From IMG/VR virus record IMGVR_UViG_3300049173_000144, positions 1-41,760 of that record: 41,760 bases of DNA; one strand, given 5' to 3'. Positions 1 through 7,455 of this stretch are shown here, piece after piece (the stretch's first letter is position 1; each line of letters starts with the position of its first letter). The DNA is from a virus (lineage: Duplodnaviria > Caudoviricetes). The position numbers and the translations under genes were made by a program. The notes beneath the pieces were generated by a model. The model saw only the letters and a list, made by a program, of their open reading frames with translations. It had not been told where the DNA came from and made no database searches.

Positions 1-1419
1 TCAGCCGCCGCCCGAAGCGCTGACGCGCGCCTGGGCCACGGCTTCGTCGGCGTCGTGCAGTGCAACGCGAAATACGCTGCCGCTGCCCAGGCGCGAGCGA
101 ACGCTGATGGGATGGCCGAGAACATGGGAGAGCCGTGCGACGATGGCCAGGCCAAGGCCGAAACCATCCGACGTACCCGCATGGTCGGCCACCTTGTAGA
201 ACTCGAGGAACACATCGCGAAGGTGTTCAGGCGCAATGCCGATGCCGGTGTCCCACACCTCGATGCGCATGCCTTCGCGCGTTTGCCGCGAGGCGAGCAG
301 CACGCCGCCGTCGGTGGTGTACTTGATGGCATTTGCCAGCAGGTTGCCGATCATGCGGCGCACGCGAATCGGATCGGTCAGGAAGCTGCCTTCCGTCACA
401 TGCACACGGAAATCGAGCCCCCGGCTTTCCGCAACCGGACGGTACTGCAGCTCGAGGTCGTGCAGCAGCTCGGGTACGTCGACGCGCTCGATGTGCAACC
501 GCACCTGACCCGAATCGATGCGCGCCAGGTCGAACATCGAATCGAACAGCGCGTTCACCGCGTGCGTGGCACGGACGATCTTCGGCGCGAGCTCCAGCAC
601 CAGCTCAGGTTCGTTGCGCAGCCAGTCGGCGTAAAGCGACAGCGCGAGCACTGGCTGGCGCATGTCATGCGCTGCGCTCGCGAGAAACCGGTTCTTCATG
701 GCCACCGCAGCCACCGCGGCCTGCCGCTGCTGCGTGAGCGACTTGATCAGGATGTGATTGTGGAACAGCAGCTCCAGGCTGTTGCGCGCCGTCTCATGAA
801 TATGGCGCCCGGCACGCAGCAGCAAGAACCAGTGCAGGATCGGCAATATCGGCATCAGGAAGCCGTAGTGAAAATGCGGCTCCGCAAGGTTGATGCTCAC
901 CAGGCGAATCAGCACCGCGCCGAGCATGGTGATGAACAGCGTGTTGACGTAGCGCTTGAGCAGCGGCGGGTGCAGCGCCAGTCCGTTCAGGGGAAACGTG
1001 CCGACGCCCGCCACGATGAGCCAGCTCATGAACTGGTTGACCTGCGGCGTGCGCTCGAAGAACAACAGGATCGATACGCCCCACACGATGGCGCTGGTGC
1101 TCCACACAAAGCCGTAGCGCTCGGTGAACTGCAGCTGCGCCGCGGCGCTTCTGCCCGCGTAGCGCAGCGCATAAACCCTGGCGCCCCATGCGCGGCAGGC
1201 CGTGGCGATAAGACCGGCGGCAAGCCACGCAAGCAGCTCCCAATGAGGCACGTAGCTCCAGTTCAAGCCGACCATGGCCGGCATGAGGGCTGCGGAGACG
1301 AAGTAAGAACCGCGCGCCGAGCGCATCAGGCTGCGGATAAGCTCGCCGCGCACCCACGATTCGGCCTCGTCGGCCGAAGCCGGGACCGGTGTCACGCTTG
1401 CGATCGACGCATTGGCCAT
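1..1419 (-). CDS. Membrane sensor histidine kinase (host)
   Basis: N-terminal TM helices; H-box ASAAHDMRQP; N-box NLLANAIKYT; G1 DTGIGI; G2 GFGLGLAIV. Confidence 0.93.
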   Translation of the reverse strand: MANASIASVTPVPASADEAESWVRGELIRSLMRSARGSYFVSAALMPAMVGLNWSYVPHWELLAWLAAGLIATACRAWGARVYALRYAGRSAAAQLQFTERYGFVWSTSAIVWGVSILLFFERTPQVNQFMSWLIVAGVGTFPLNGLALHPPLLKRYVNTLFITMLGAVLIRLVSINLAEPHFHYGFLMPILPILHWFLLLRAGRHIHETARNSLELLFHNHILIKSLTQQRQAAVAAVAMKNRFLASAAHDMRQPVLALSLYADWLRNEPELVLELAPKIVRATHAVNALFDSMFDLARIDSGQVRLHIERVDVPELLHDLELQYRPVAESRGLDFRVHVTEGSFLTDPIRVRRMIGNLLANAIKYTTDGGVLLASRQTREGMRIEVWDTGIGIAPEHLRDVFLEFYKVADHAGTSDGFGLGLAIVARLSHVLGHPISVRSRLGSGSVFRVALHDADEAVAQARVSASGGG

Positions 1420-1599
1420 GTGGCGCTTCGCCCCCTCTTTGTTCGACTACTGGAAATCCATCAGCATGCAGGGCATGAAGAGGTGGCGATCTTAACGGGC
1501 CGGTGCCGCTGTTTTGGGAGAAGAACGCGGTGCGGAGCGTACGAGGCAAAACGATTCTGCCGGCACGAAAACGAAAGTCCCCGCTTTGGGCCGCATCGC

Positions 1600-1850
1600 T
1601 GCGTGCTGCGGCGCCGCTTCTGGCTTGGTTGTCGCGTCAGTTCGTGCCCACCCAGGCCACGACAGGCCCGATCACGTGGACCCCATCAGCCGCGCGCCTG
1701 ACAACTTGCTGCATCCAGCGAAATGCACGTGACCTACATCAGCCAGATTGAACCGGGGTTGAAGAATGTCTCGCTTTTCAACCTCTACCGGATCGCCTTC
1801 GCGATGGAGATTTCGCCGGCAAGATTGTTGGTAGAGGCAGCCAGGCGCCA
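1600..1850 (+). pseudogene. Degenerate XRE-family HTH regulator fragment
   Basis: QLAASSEMHVTYISQIEPGLKNVSLFNLYRIAFAMEISPARLL matches HTH_XRE helices 2-5; an in-frame TGA lies just upstream and no clean N-terminus is present; boundaries approximate. Confidence 0.6.
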
Positions 1851-1906
1851 AGCCGGTTCAGCCAAGCATTCGACCGGAAGGTACGTATCGGCGTTGTCGG
1901 GCGACG

Positions 1907-2440
1907 TCAGCACCTCGCCCGGAACTGCTGATCCCTGGCTTCCTTGCGGCGCTCGGCGATCCAGGACTGGGATGCGCCACTTTGCGGCTGTCGCGCCATC
2001 CGGTCGTAGTACTCGACTTGTTGGTTCCAGTGCGCGCAACGTGAAGAATCGCCAGCAGTCACGCCGGCCGTGGCCGCGCCGCGCTGCTCCATTGCCTGGC
2101 GTTGTACGGCATAGCCCTGCTGGGTTTGCTGATCGGCAATCTGGATGCGCTGCTCCCAAGACAGGCCACCGGGAACGGTCTCTATCCGCTCCACCAATGC
2201 GCCGCTCTCCCTGCAGTGGTCCGGCGACCAGAAACGTCCGCCGCTATTGCTGACGCAGAGAAACACCTGAGCCGAACCGACCGCGTCGAGATTGCGCACC
2301 GGCGGCGACACGTCCACCACCCTGCCTTTTTCGCACGGCTCGCCGCTGTATTGGTTGCCGCAGCGGTAGACCTGCTGGGCCTGAGCTTGGGCAATGGTGC
2401 CAAGGGCCACGAACAGCAAGGTGATGAAAGCGAGGCGCAT
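1907..2440 (-). CDS. Secreted DUF4124-like protein
   Basis: Signal peptide MRLAFITLLFVALGTIAQA then QVYRCGNQYSGEPC motif; start reassigned to ATG at 2440. Confidence 0.7.
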   Translation of the reverse strand: MRLAFITLLFVALGTIAQAQAQQVYRCGNQYSGEPCEKGRVVDVSPPVRNLDAVGSAQVFLCVSNSGGRFWSPDHCRESGALVERIETVPGGLSWEQRIQIADQQTQQGYAVQRQAMEQRGAATAGVTAGDSSRCAHWNQQVEYYDRMARQPQSGASQSWIAERRKEARDQQFRARC

Positions 2441-2574
2441 GCCGGATAGTAGCCCGATCGCCGCAAATAGCGCCGCGCCAGATCGCGCGCGGGAGGTGCG
2501 CCCGCGATCAAGGCATGCCGGCCAAAGAATTACAGCGGGGGCTGGACCAATCGGGCCCACGGGGACAAGACAGG

Positions 2575-2600
2575 CAAAAAAATAGCCCCTTTGCGGGGCC
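2575..2600 (-). terminator. Intrinsic terminator downstream of the tRNA-Ser 3' end
   Basis: On the minus strand, a GCCCC-GCAAA-GGGGC hairpin followed by TATTTTTTT. Confidence 0.75.
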
Positions 2601-2605
2601 ATTCT

Positions 2606-2665
2606 TGGAGGAGAGGGAGGGATTCGAACCCTCGGTACTATCGCTAGTACGCCTGATTTCGAGTC
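2606..2665 (-). tRNA. 3' fragment of tRNA-Ser(CGA); att-site remnant, not an intact tRNA
   Basis: Minus strand GACTCGAAATCAGG-CGTACTAGCGATAGTACC-GAGGGTTCGAATCCCTC-CCTCTCCTCCA gives the CGA anticodon loop, long variable arm, T-arm and CCA. The 5' anticodon strand (needs CCTGA), D-arm and 5' acceptor strand are absent. Confidence 0.88.
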
Positions 2666-2766
2666 CGCTATGCGAACTACGCGGATGCCCTAAGTGCGCG
2701 CCACGTAAGGGAATTCAGTTTCGCGCCACCCGCGTGAAGTGCGCCAAACGCGCCACTTCGGACAAC

Positions 2767-2780
2767 ATTTCCCCCACCAC
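2767..2780 (+). repeat. ATTTCCCCCACCAC, also at 41725-41738; probable integrase arm-type site
   Basis: Exact 14-bp direct repeat near both prophage ends, preceded by TCGGACAAC or TCGGTCAA. Confidence 0.6.
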
Positions 2781-2929
2781 TGGAAGCGGCGAATACCGCC
2801 CGATCAGGCCCGTTACGGAACCCATGAGCCATGCGGGTTCCGGCCACTTCCCATATTCCACCGTTGCCCGATTTCTGGCTTCGGCTCTCCCCTGGCGGAT
2901 TCCCGCCATTCCAAAGAAAGTAGGCTGAA

Positions 2930-3544
2930 ATGGGCTGGTCTATTGGCTACGACGACAACTGGAAGCGCGACATCGGCTATGGCGTGCCTTCGATCTGCGA
3001 TCACCCAGGATGCACAACCCGAATTGATCGGGGCCTGGGCCATGTGTGCGGGGGCGAGCCCTACGGCGGGGAGGAAGGCTGTGGCTTGTACTTCTGCTCC
3101 AAACATGGCGGCGGTTGGCTGTGCGAGGAATGTTGCCACGGGCGCCTCCCATTTGCGCCGAAAGCGGATACCCCCGAATGGATCGAGTGGAAGCTGACCG
3201 ACGAAAGCTGGGCTGACTGGCGCAAGGAGAACCCTCAATGGGTCGCTGCGCACCTCCACCCCTCCCCCCTCCACCCTCTAACCAAAGAAGTGAGGATTGA
3301 GAATGAACAAGCAACGCGGCTACATAAACATCCCGGCTGGCACCATATCGGCCTTGTTCTTCTGCACCCTGGTAGGGCTGCTGAGCATGGTCGGCGGGTT
3401 CTGCTACCTTGTTTACTGGCTCGCTACGCACTTGCGGTGGGCCTGACCCTCCCCACCCGCAATGCAGGCGCAGAAAGAATAGGATTGAACGATGACAGAC
3501 ACAGAATCTCTGCGATTGTTGCCGTGCCCATTCTGTGGCGATGA
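2930..3544 (+). CDS. Cys-rich phage hypothetical protein (putative Zn-binding)
   Basis: MGWSIGYDDNWKRDIGYGVPSICDHPGC...CGLYFCSKH...LCEEC; the C-terminal half overlaps other ORFs and may be a read-through extension. Confidence 0.65.
   Translation: MGWSIGYDDNWKRDIGYGVPSICDHPGCTTRIDRGLGHVCGGEPYGGEEGCGLYFCSKHGGGWLCEECCHGRLPFAPKADTPEWIEWKLTDESWADWRKENPQWVAAHLHPSPLHPLTKEVRIENEQATRLHKHPGWHHIGLVLLHPGRAAEHGRRVLLPCLLARYALAVGLTLPTRNAGAERIGLNDDRHRISAIVAVPILWR
3303..3446 (+). CDS. 47-aa membrane microprotein
   Basis: MNKQRGYINIPAGTISALFFCTLVGLLSMVGGFCYLVYWLATHLRWA; GAGGA upstream; not in the ORF track. Confidence 0.55.
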   Translation: MNKQRGYINIPAGTISALFFCTLVGLLSMVGGFCYLVYWLATHLRWA

Positions 3545-3779
3545 TGCCTTTGAAACTAGCGAGCATGGAGCGCGCATCATTGAGTGCTGCCACTGCGGCG
3601 CCCGAACTGAGCGGCGCCCGAATGCAGTCCTAGCCGCAGATGCGTGGAATAGCCGCGCGGCCTTGGCCGAAAAAGTGCTTTCTGCCATGACTGATGACCA
3701 ACGATTGCTCTTGTTTTCGAACTATTGCTGGCACTGCGGGCGCCCAGACCCGAGTTGCCAATGCTGGAATGATGATTGA
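3492..3779 (+). CDS. Lar-family (restriction alleviation) Zn-finger protein
   Basis: LLPCPFCG...IECCHCGA...AWNSRA signature. Confidence 0.75.
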   Translation: MTDTESLRLLPCPFCGDDAFETSEHGARIIECCHCGARTERRPNAVLAADAWNSRAALAEKVLSAMTDDQRLLLFSNYCWHCGRPDPSCQCWNDD

Positions 3780-3792
3780 TCAATCGTAAATG

Positions 3793-3808
3793 CTGTATAA
3801 AACCACAG
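3793..3808. promoter_or_regulatory. LexA (SOS) box
   Basis: CTGT-ATAAAACC-ACAG, matching the beta/gammaproteobacterial CTGT-N8-ACAG consensus; overlaps a TATAAA -10-like hexamer and ends 1 nt before ATG 3810. Confidence 0.8.
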
Positions 3809-3809
3809 C

Positions 3810-4034
3810 ATGAAGACCGAGCACACCTACCGCTGGATGACGAAGTGGAACGGCAAGATGACGCCCACTCGCCACCACTGCACCGAGGAAGCGATCAGGA
3901 AGTCGCACCCTGAAGCGGTCCGAATCGAGGGGTCGCTGATCGTGCGAGAGATACCTGAGACGCCAGAGGAATGGCGAGCGCGAATGCTGGCGGTGGACAC
4001 CGCGAATATCGGGCTGAATGCTAAGAAGGATTAG
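3810..4034 (+). CDS. 74-aa SOS-regulated hypothetical protein (candidate antirepressor)
   Basis: ORF immediately behind the SOS box, convergent with the lysis cassette. Confidence 0.65.
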   Translation: MKTEHTYRWMTKWNGKMTPTRHHCTEEAIRKSHPEAVRIEGSLIVREIPETPEEWRARMLAVDTANIGLNAKKD

Positions 4035-4297
4035 CGCTTCGGCCAGAGCGAATAGTCGGCCTTCGGGACTGGCTGGCCTGCAAGCGCAGCCTCGCGGCAT
4101 TCGCGATACGTATTTCCCTGCTCTACCACCTTCGCCAGCAGCGCCCCCATGGAGTCATCGCTTAGGGGTGTCGGCGGGGGGCAACTGCTCACCACCAACG
4201 GGCTCGGCTGTCCGTCCGGTGATTGCTTGATTGGCAAGCTGCAGGCCGCCAGGAGTGAGCTTGCAATCAACGTAGCGCACGTTTTCAGTAATTTCAC
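4031..4297 (-). CDS. o-spanin (Rz1-like lipoprotein)
   Basis: GTG start, lipobox LLAAC, Pro-rich SCPPPTPL, overlaps the 3' end of the i-spanin in another frame. Confidence 0.8.
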   Translation of the reverse strand: MKLLKTCATLIASSLLAACSLPIKQSPDGQPSPLVVSSCPPPTPLSDDSMGALLAKVVEQGNTYRECREAALAGQPVPKADYSLWPKR

Positions 4298-4517
4298 GTT
4301 GCACCTTTTGGACGATGGTGTTGTTGATGGGCCGGTTGGCAGCGATGGCTGCTGCTGCGCCTTGCTGTGCGGCGTCTCGGGTTTCCTGGCGGATCTTGTC
4401 GTCGCTGACCTGCTTGGCGATGATCCGGTCTTCGCCGAGGCCCATGCCGTACCAGCCAGCACCAGCCACGGAAGCGCCCCAGCCGATCACGAGGGCGAGC
4501 AGGACGTAGGGGTTCAT
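4155..4517 (-). CDS. i-spanin (Rz-like)
   Basis: N-terminal TM anchor, helical periplasmic part with C-terminal Cys; downstream of the endolysin. Confidence 0.8.
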   Translation of the reverse strand: MNPYVLLALVIGWGASVAGAGWYGMGLGEDRIIAKQVSDDKIRQETRDAAQQGAAAAIAANRPINNTIVQKVQREITENVRYVDCKLTPGGLQLANQAITGRTAEPVGGEQLPPADTPKR

Positions 4518-4594
4518 TTCAGCCTCCACATGACGCGCTTCGTGCACTCAGAGGCGCTGTGGCCCTGCTGGCAGCAGTAGGTGCACCACTTCAT
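4514..4594 (-). CDS. 26-aa CCHC zinc-knuckle microprotein
   Basis: MKWCTYCCQQGHSASECTKRVMWRLK = CX2CX4HX4C; ATGA overlaps with both the endolysin stop and the i-spanin start. Confidence 0.65.
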   Translation of the reverse strand: MKWCTYCCQQGHSASECTKRVMWRLK

Positions 4595-5025
4595 GGCGAT
4601 CCAGTCAGGAACATCATGCGTTCCGAGATCCGACGCTTCGTGAGACCTGCCAGCACCCGCCCCCCTGCCTTGTTCCAGCGCAGGAACTCGTCGGCGGCGC
4701 CGTCATAGTCACGAGCATTGAGCTTCTTCAGCAGGGTCGAGGCCATGAACGCGCCCGAGCCGACGTTGAACACGAAGGAGACGAGCGCATCGAACTGGCC
4801 CTGCGTCAGCGGCGCGATAACCCGAGTGCTTACGGTTTTCTCGGCTTCTGCCAGGTCGTCACGCAGGAACTCGTCCACCTGGTCCATGGTGATCTCGTCG
4901 CCACGGCGCACGCCTTTGGTGTGGCCCACGCCAATCGTCCAGACGCCCACCCCATCGTCGTAGGCCTTGAGGCGCACGCCCTCGTAGTCCTTGATGGCGT
5001 CGATCCCGGCTTGTGAGGTGTTCAT
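4591..5025 (-). CDS. Endolysin, GH24 lysozyme
   Basis: YEGVRLKAYDDGVGVWTIGVGHT (E/D/T triad), QFDALVSFVFNVG, GLTKRR. Confidence 0.95.
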   Translation of the reverse strand: MNTSQAGIDAIKDYEGVRLKAYDDGVGVWTIGVGHTKGVRRGDEITMDQVDEFLRDDLAEAEKTVSTRVIAPLTQGQFDALVSFVFNVGSGAFMASTLLKKLNARDYDGAADEFLRWNKAGGRVLAGLTKRRISERMMFLTGSP

Positions 5026-5213
5026 TATTCATCCCCTTGGGTTGCGCCCGCGCACTGCGCATACAGGCGAATGACGACGGCGTAGTGGTTGGTGCGCTGT
5101 TCTGCGGTAGCGTTGGGCGGCATCTCGGGTAGTGGCGGGCAAAGCCGCTTTTCTTCGGGCGCGACTACGCACCCCGCGACCCCCATCGCGAGGAAGATGA
5201 GAGCGGCCTTCAT
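5025..5213 (-). CDS. Small lipoprotein in the lysis cassette
   Basis: Signal peptide with VAGC lipobox; translationally coupled to neighbours. Confidence 0.65.
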   Translation of the reverse strand: MKAALIFLAMGVAGCVVAPEEKRLCPPLPEMPPNATAEQRTNHYAVVIRLYAQCAGATQGDE

Positions 5214-5677
5214 TTGTTGGCTCGCTCTTTCAGCTTCTCGTTGGCTTTACGGATCTCACGGTTGATAACCTCGGGCTGAACTGCTACCGACTGCTGAGCG
5301 GCAGGAGCTGGCATCGCTTTCGCGACCTTGGCGGCCTGCACGATGACTGCCTTTGCTACCTTGTCGGCTTTGTCAGCCGCAGCATCAACCTTATCCACCA
5401 CTTCGGTAACGGCGGTCGTGGCGTCCTGTAACTTACCGGCTGTAGCTGCCTGTGTGTTGGCGGCGCCGTCTAGCCGCTGCCCAATCGCATCCAGTTTCGT
5501 CGTTAGGTCAACGAACATGCCTCGATTGGTCTCTCGCTCCTGCTCAAGGGCATCGCGGTAATAAGCCGCGGAAATCGCGCCTCCAAGCAGCGCACCGGCG
5601 AGCACGAAGCCGGCCAAAGCAATCATGACCTTGATGTGGCCGCTGTAGTCGCGTAGTTTCTGGATCGTTTCACGCAT
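5210..5677 (-). CDS. Membrane-anchored coiled-coil protein (lysis region)
   Basis: One TM segment then an Ala-rich coiled coil. Confidence 0.65.
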   Translation of the reverse strand: MRETIQKLRDYSGHIKVMIALAGFVLAGALLGGAISAAYYRDALEQERETNRGMFVDLTTKLDAIGQRLDGAANTQAATAGKLQDATTAVTEVVDKVDAAADKADKVAKAVIVQAAKVAKAMPAPAAQQSVAVQPEVINREIRKANEKLKERANK

Positions 5678-6011
5678 GTGCGCCTCCTTCAAGACGCCGG
5701 ACTTCTCCAGTCAGCGCTTCGATTTTTTCGTTGGCAACCTTCAGCTGGAAGGTCAGCAGATCGACGCTGTTCTTGAGGCTGTACAGCTCTCGCACCATCG
5801 CCTCCACGCGCTTATCGGCCTCGTCAGCGCGTGTCACAGCCCTATCACGCTCATCCATGACCTGTTTCATGAGTTGGTCACCAGTACGCGTGTTTGCGAC
5901 CGCCGAGTTGAGCGCCGAGCTCAGCACAGGCCACAAGAATTTGTAAGCGGCGATGAGAATCCCTGTCGCAGCGCCTCCCGTTAACCATGTGCTGGGGTTT
6001 TCGAGATCCAT
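5670..6011 (-). CDS. Putative holin-like membrane protein
   Basis: N-terminal hydrophobic segment plus coiled coil; first gene of the lysis cassette (synteny only). Confidence 0.5.
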   Translation of the reverse strand: MDLENPSTWLTGGAATGILIAAYKFLWPVLSSALNSAVANTRTGDQLMKQVMDERDRAVTRADEADKRVEAMVRELYSLKNSVDLLTFQLKVANEKIEALTGEVRRLEGGAHA

Positions 6012-6020
6012 GTCGAACTC

Positions 6021-7241
6021 TTATGCGTATTCGTAGACGATAAAAACACCCGCGGCGCCAGAACCACCAGCAGCAGCAGCGCCACTCGCAACCCCGCCAG
6101 CACCACTGCCCCCAGAGCCACGCCCGATACCAGCCGCGCCGCCGCTCGTGGGACCGCCCGTCACAATGGCTTGGCCTCCGCTTCCAAACTCAGTACTGCC
6201 ACCGGCCCCCGACTGAACATACCCAGAGGCAAAGCTAGCGATAGCCGCGGCCCCGGTCGTGCCAGTGGAAGGGGTGATGAGCGCTGTACCACCTGCTGAA
6301 ACCGCAGCGCCGCCACTGGCGGCAGACACGGCAGTGGCAGTCCCCAGAAGACCTCCATTGCCCCCCGGCAACGTGAGGAACGCGCCGAACGATGAGGCCC
6401 CACCAGCGCCGCCATTGCTGCCCACGGAACCAGGCCCGGCCGCTCCTATCGTCACGGTTACAGTCGGCGTCATGCCAGTGGTGATGTGAGCGATCCCTCT
6501 TGCGCCCGATGAACCACCGCCGCCAATGCTCACCTGACCCGCAGCAAGAGCTTGGCAGCCACCTCCAGCACCGCCTGACCCGATACCGTGAACTACCCAC
6601 CTTTTTGCGCCGGCTGCTGGCGTGAACGTGCCCGAGGCAGTGAAGGCGGTGATCCCGATGAGCAACCCGGACGGCATCGAGGAATTCAGGGGCGAGATGA
6701 GTCCGTAGGACACCTGAGAAAGGCCACTGTCCAATACACCCGAGTCGTTTTGTACGGTGACGGTAGTGTTAGGGCTGGAATAAACGCTGTTGGTGATGGT
6801 GCTGTAGATCAGGCCGCCTGTGTTTTGCGTCTTGAGCCGGCGACGAATCTGGAAGGTCTGGGTTTGATCCCCCACGACCGTGAACGATGTTGCACTGACG
6901 AAGGTGGGCGCCCCCTGAAAGACGATCCACTGATCGTTCGTCACCACGGTGTCGTTGATGCCGCTTACGTTGTCGATGGTCCGAAGGGTGGCGCCATCCG
7001 CGTCCTTGATGATGTACTTGTAGGCCGCACCGCCCGTGAGCCAAACAGCGCCTTGGTTGTTGACGCCCAAGGTGTTCAGCACAATCGGCCACGTGTTCGG
7101 AACGAGCCCCGCTTTGTCACTCGTCGTCGTCGCTGGCGTGGAGGTTCCAGCAAGGTAGACCGCGATTGTTCCGCCAGAGAGCGGATCGCCGTTGGCGTCG
7201 ATCTGCTGTTCGTTGATGATGGGCGCGAAAAACTGTGCCAT
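6021..7241 (-). CDS. Tail fibre / receptor-binding protein with glycine-rich C-terminal domain
   Basis: N-terminal virion-anchor-like domain (QIDANGDPLSGG...YLAGTSTPATT); C-terminal FTASGTFTP...GGGGSSG...GVFIVYEY. Confidence 0.8.
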   Translation of the reverse strand: MAQFFAPIINEQQIDANGDPLSGGTIAVYLAGTSTPATTTSDKAGLVPNTWPIVLNTLGVNNQGAVWLTGGAAYKYIIKDADGATLRTIDNVSGINDTVVTNDQWIVFQGAPTFVSATSFTVVGDQTQTFQIRRRLKTQNTGGLIYSTITNSVYSSPNTTVTVQNDSGVLDSGLSQVSYGLISPLNSSMPSGLLIGITAFTASGTFTPAAGAKRWVVHGIGSGGAGGGCQALAAGQVSIGGGGSSGARGIAHITTGMTPTVTVTIGAAGPGSVGSNGGAGGASSFGAFLTLPGGNGGLLGTATAVSAASGGAAVSAGGTALITPSTGTTGAAAIASFASGYVQSGAGGSTEFGSGGQAIVTGGPTSGGAAGIGRGSGGSGAGGVASGAAAAGGSGAAGVFIVYEYA

Positions 7242-7252
7242 GCGGGCTCCTG

Positions 7253-7280
7253 AAAACAAAAAGGCCACCCGAAGGCGGCC
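7253..7280 (-). terminator. Intrinsic terminator between ejection genes and tail fibre
   Basis: GGCCGCC-TTCG-GGTGGCC followed by TTTTTGTTTT on the minus strand. Confidence 0.75.
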
Positions 7281-7299
7281 TGTGGCTTAAAATTTGGCG

Positions 7300-7455
7300 G
7301 TGGAATTCACCGAATACATGCTCTGGAAACTAGTTGTCTTGGGCGCTTTGGCGTTTTTTGGCAACTTTTTCTACACACTGTTCACCGGTCGGACGCTAGA
7401 ACAGGACCGGCGCGATATAGAGGCTGCAAAAGGTTCCGACGAGTCGCATCCGTAA
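7300..7455 (+). CDS. 51-aa antisense membrane microprotein (moron)
   Basis: GTG-EFTEYMLWKLVVLGALAFFGNFFYTLFTGRTLEQDRRDIEAAKGSDESHP; AT-rich; TAAAAT -10 box at 7288-7293. Confidence 0.6.
   Translation: MEFTEYMLWKLVVLGALAFFGNFFYTLFTGRTLEQDRRDIEAAKGSDESHP

Noticed and set aside
55-1701. 548-aa plus-strand ORF
   Set aside because: Antisense shadow of the histidine kinase in GC-rich DNA
2606-2700. Intact tRNA-Ser gene
   Set aside because: The 5' half is missing: no D-arm, and the 5' anticodon strand does not pair
6021-7241. Diversity-generating retroelement or invertible tail-fibre cassette
   Set aside because: No reverse transcriptase, invertase or template/variable repeat pair seen
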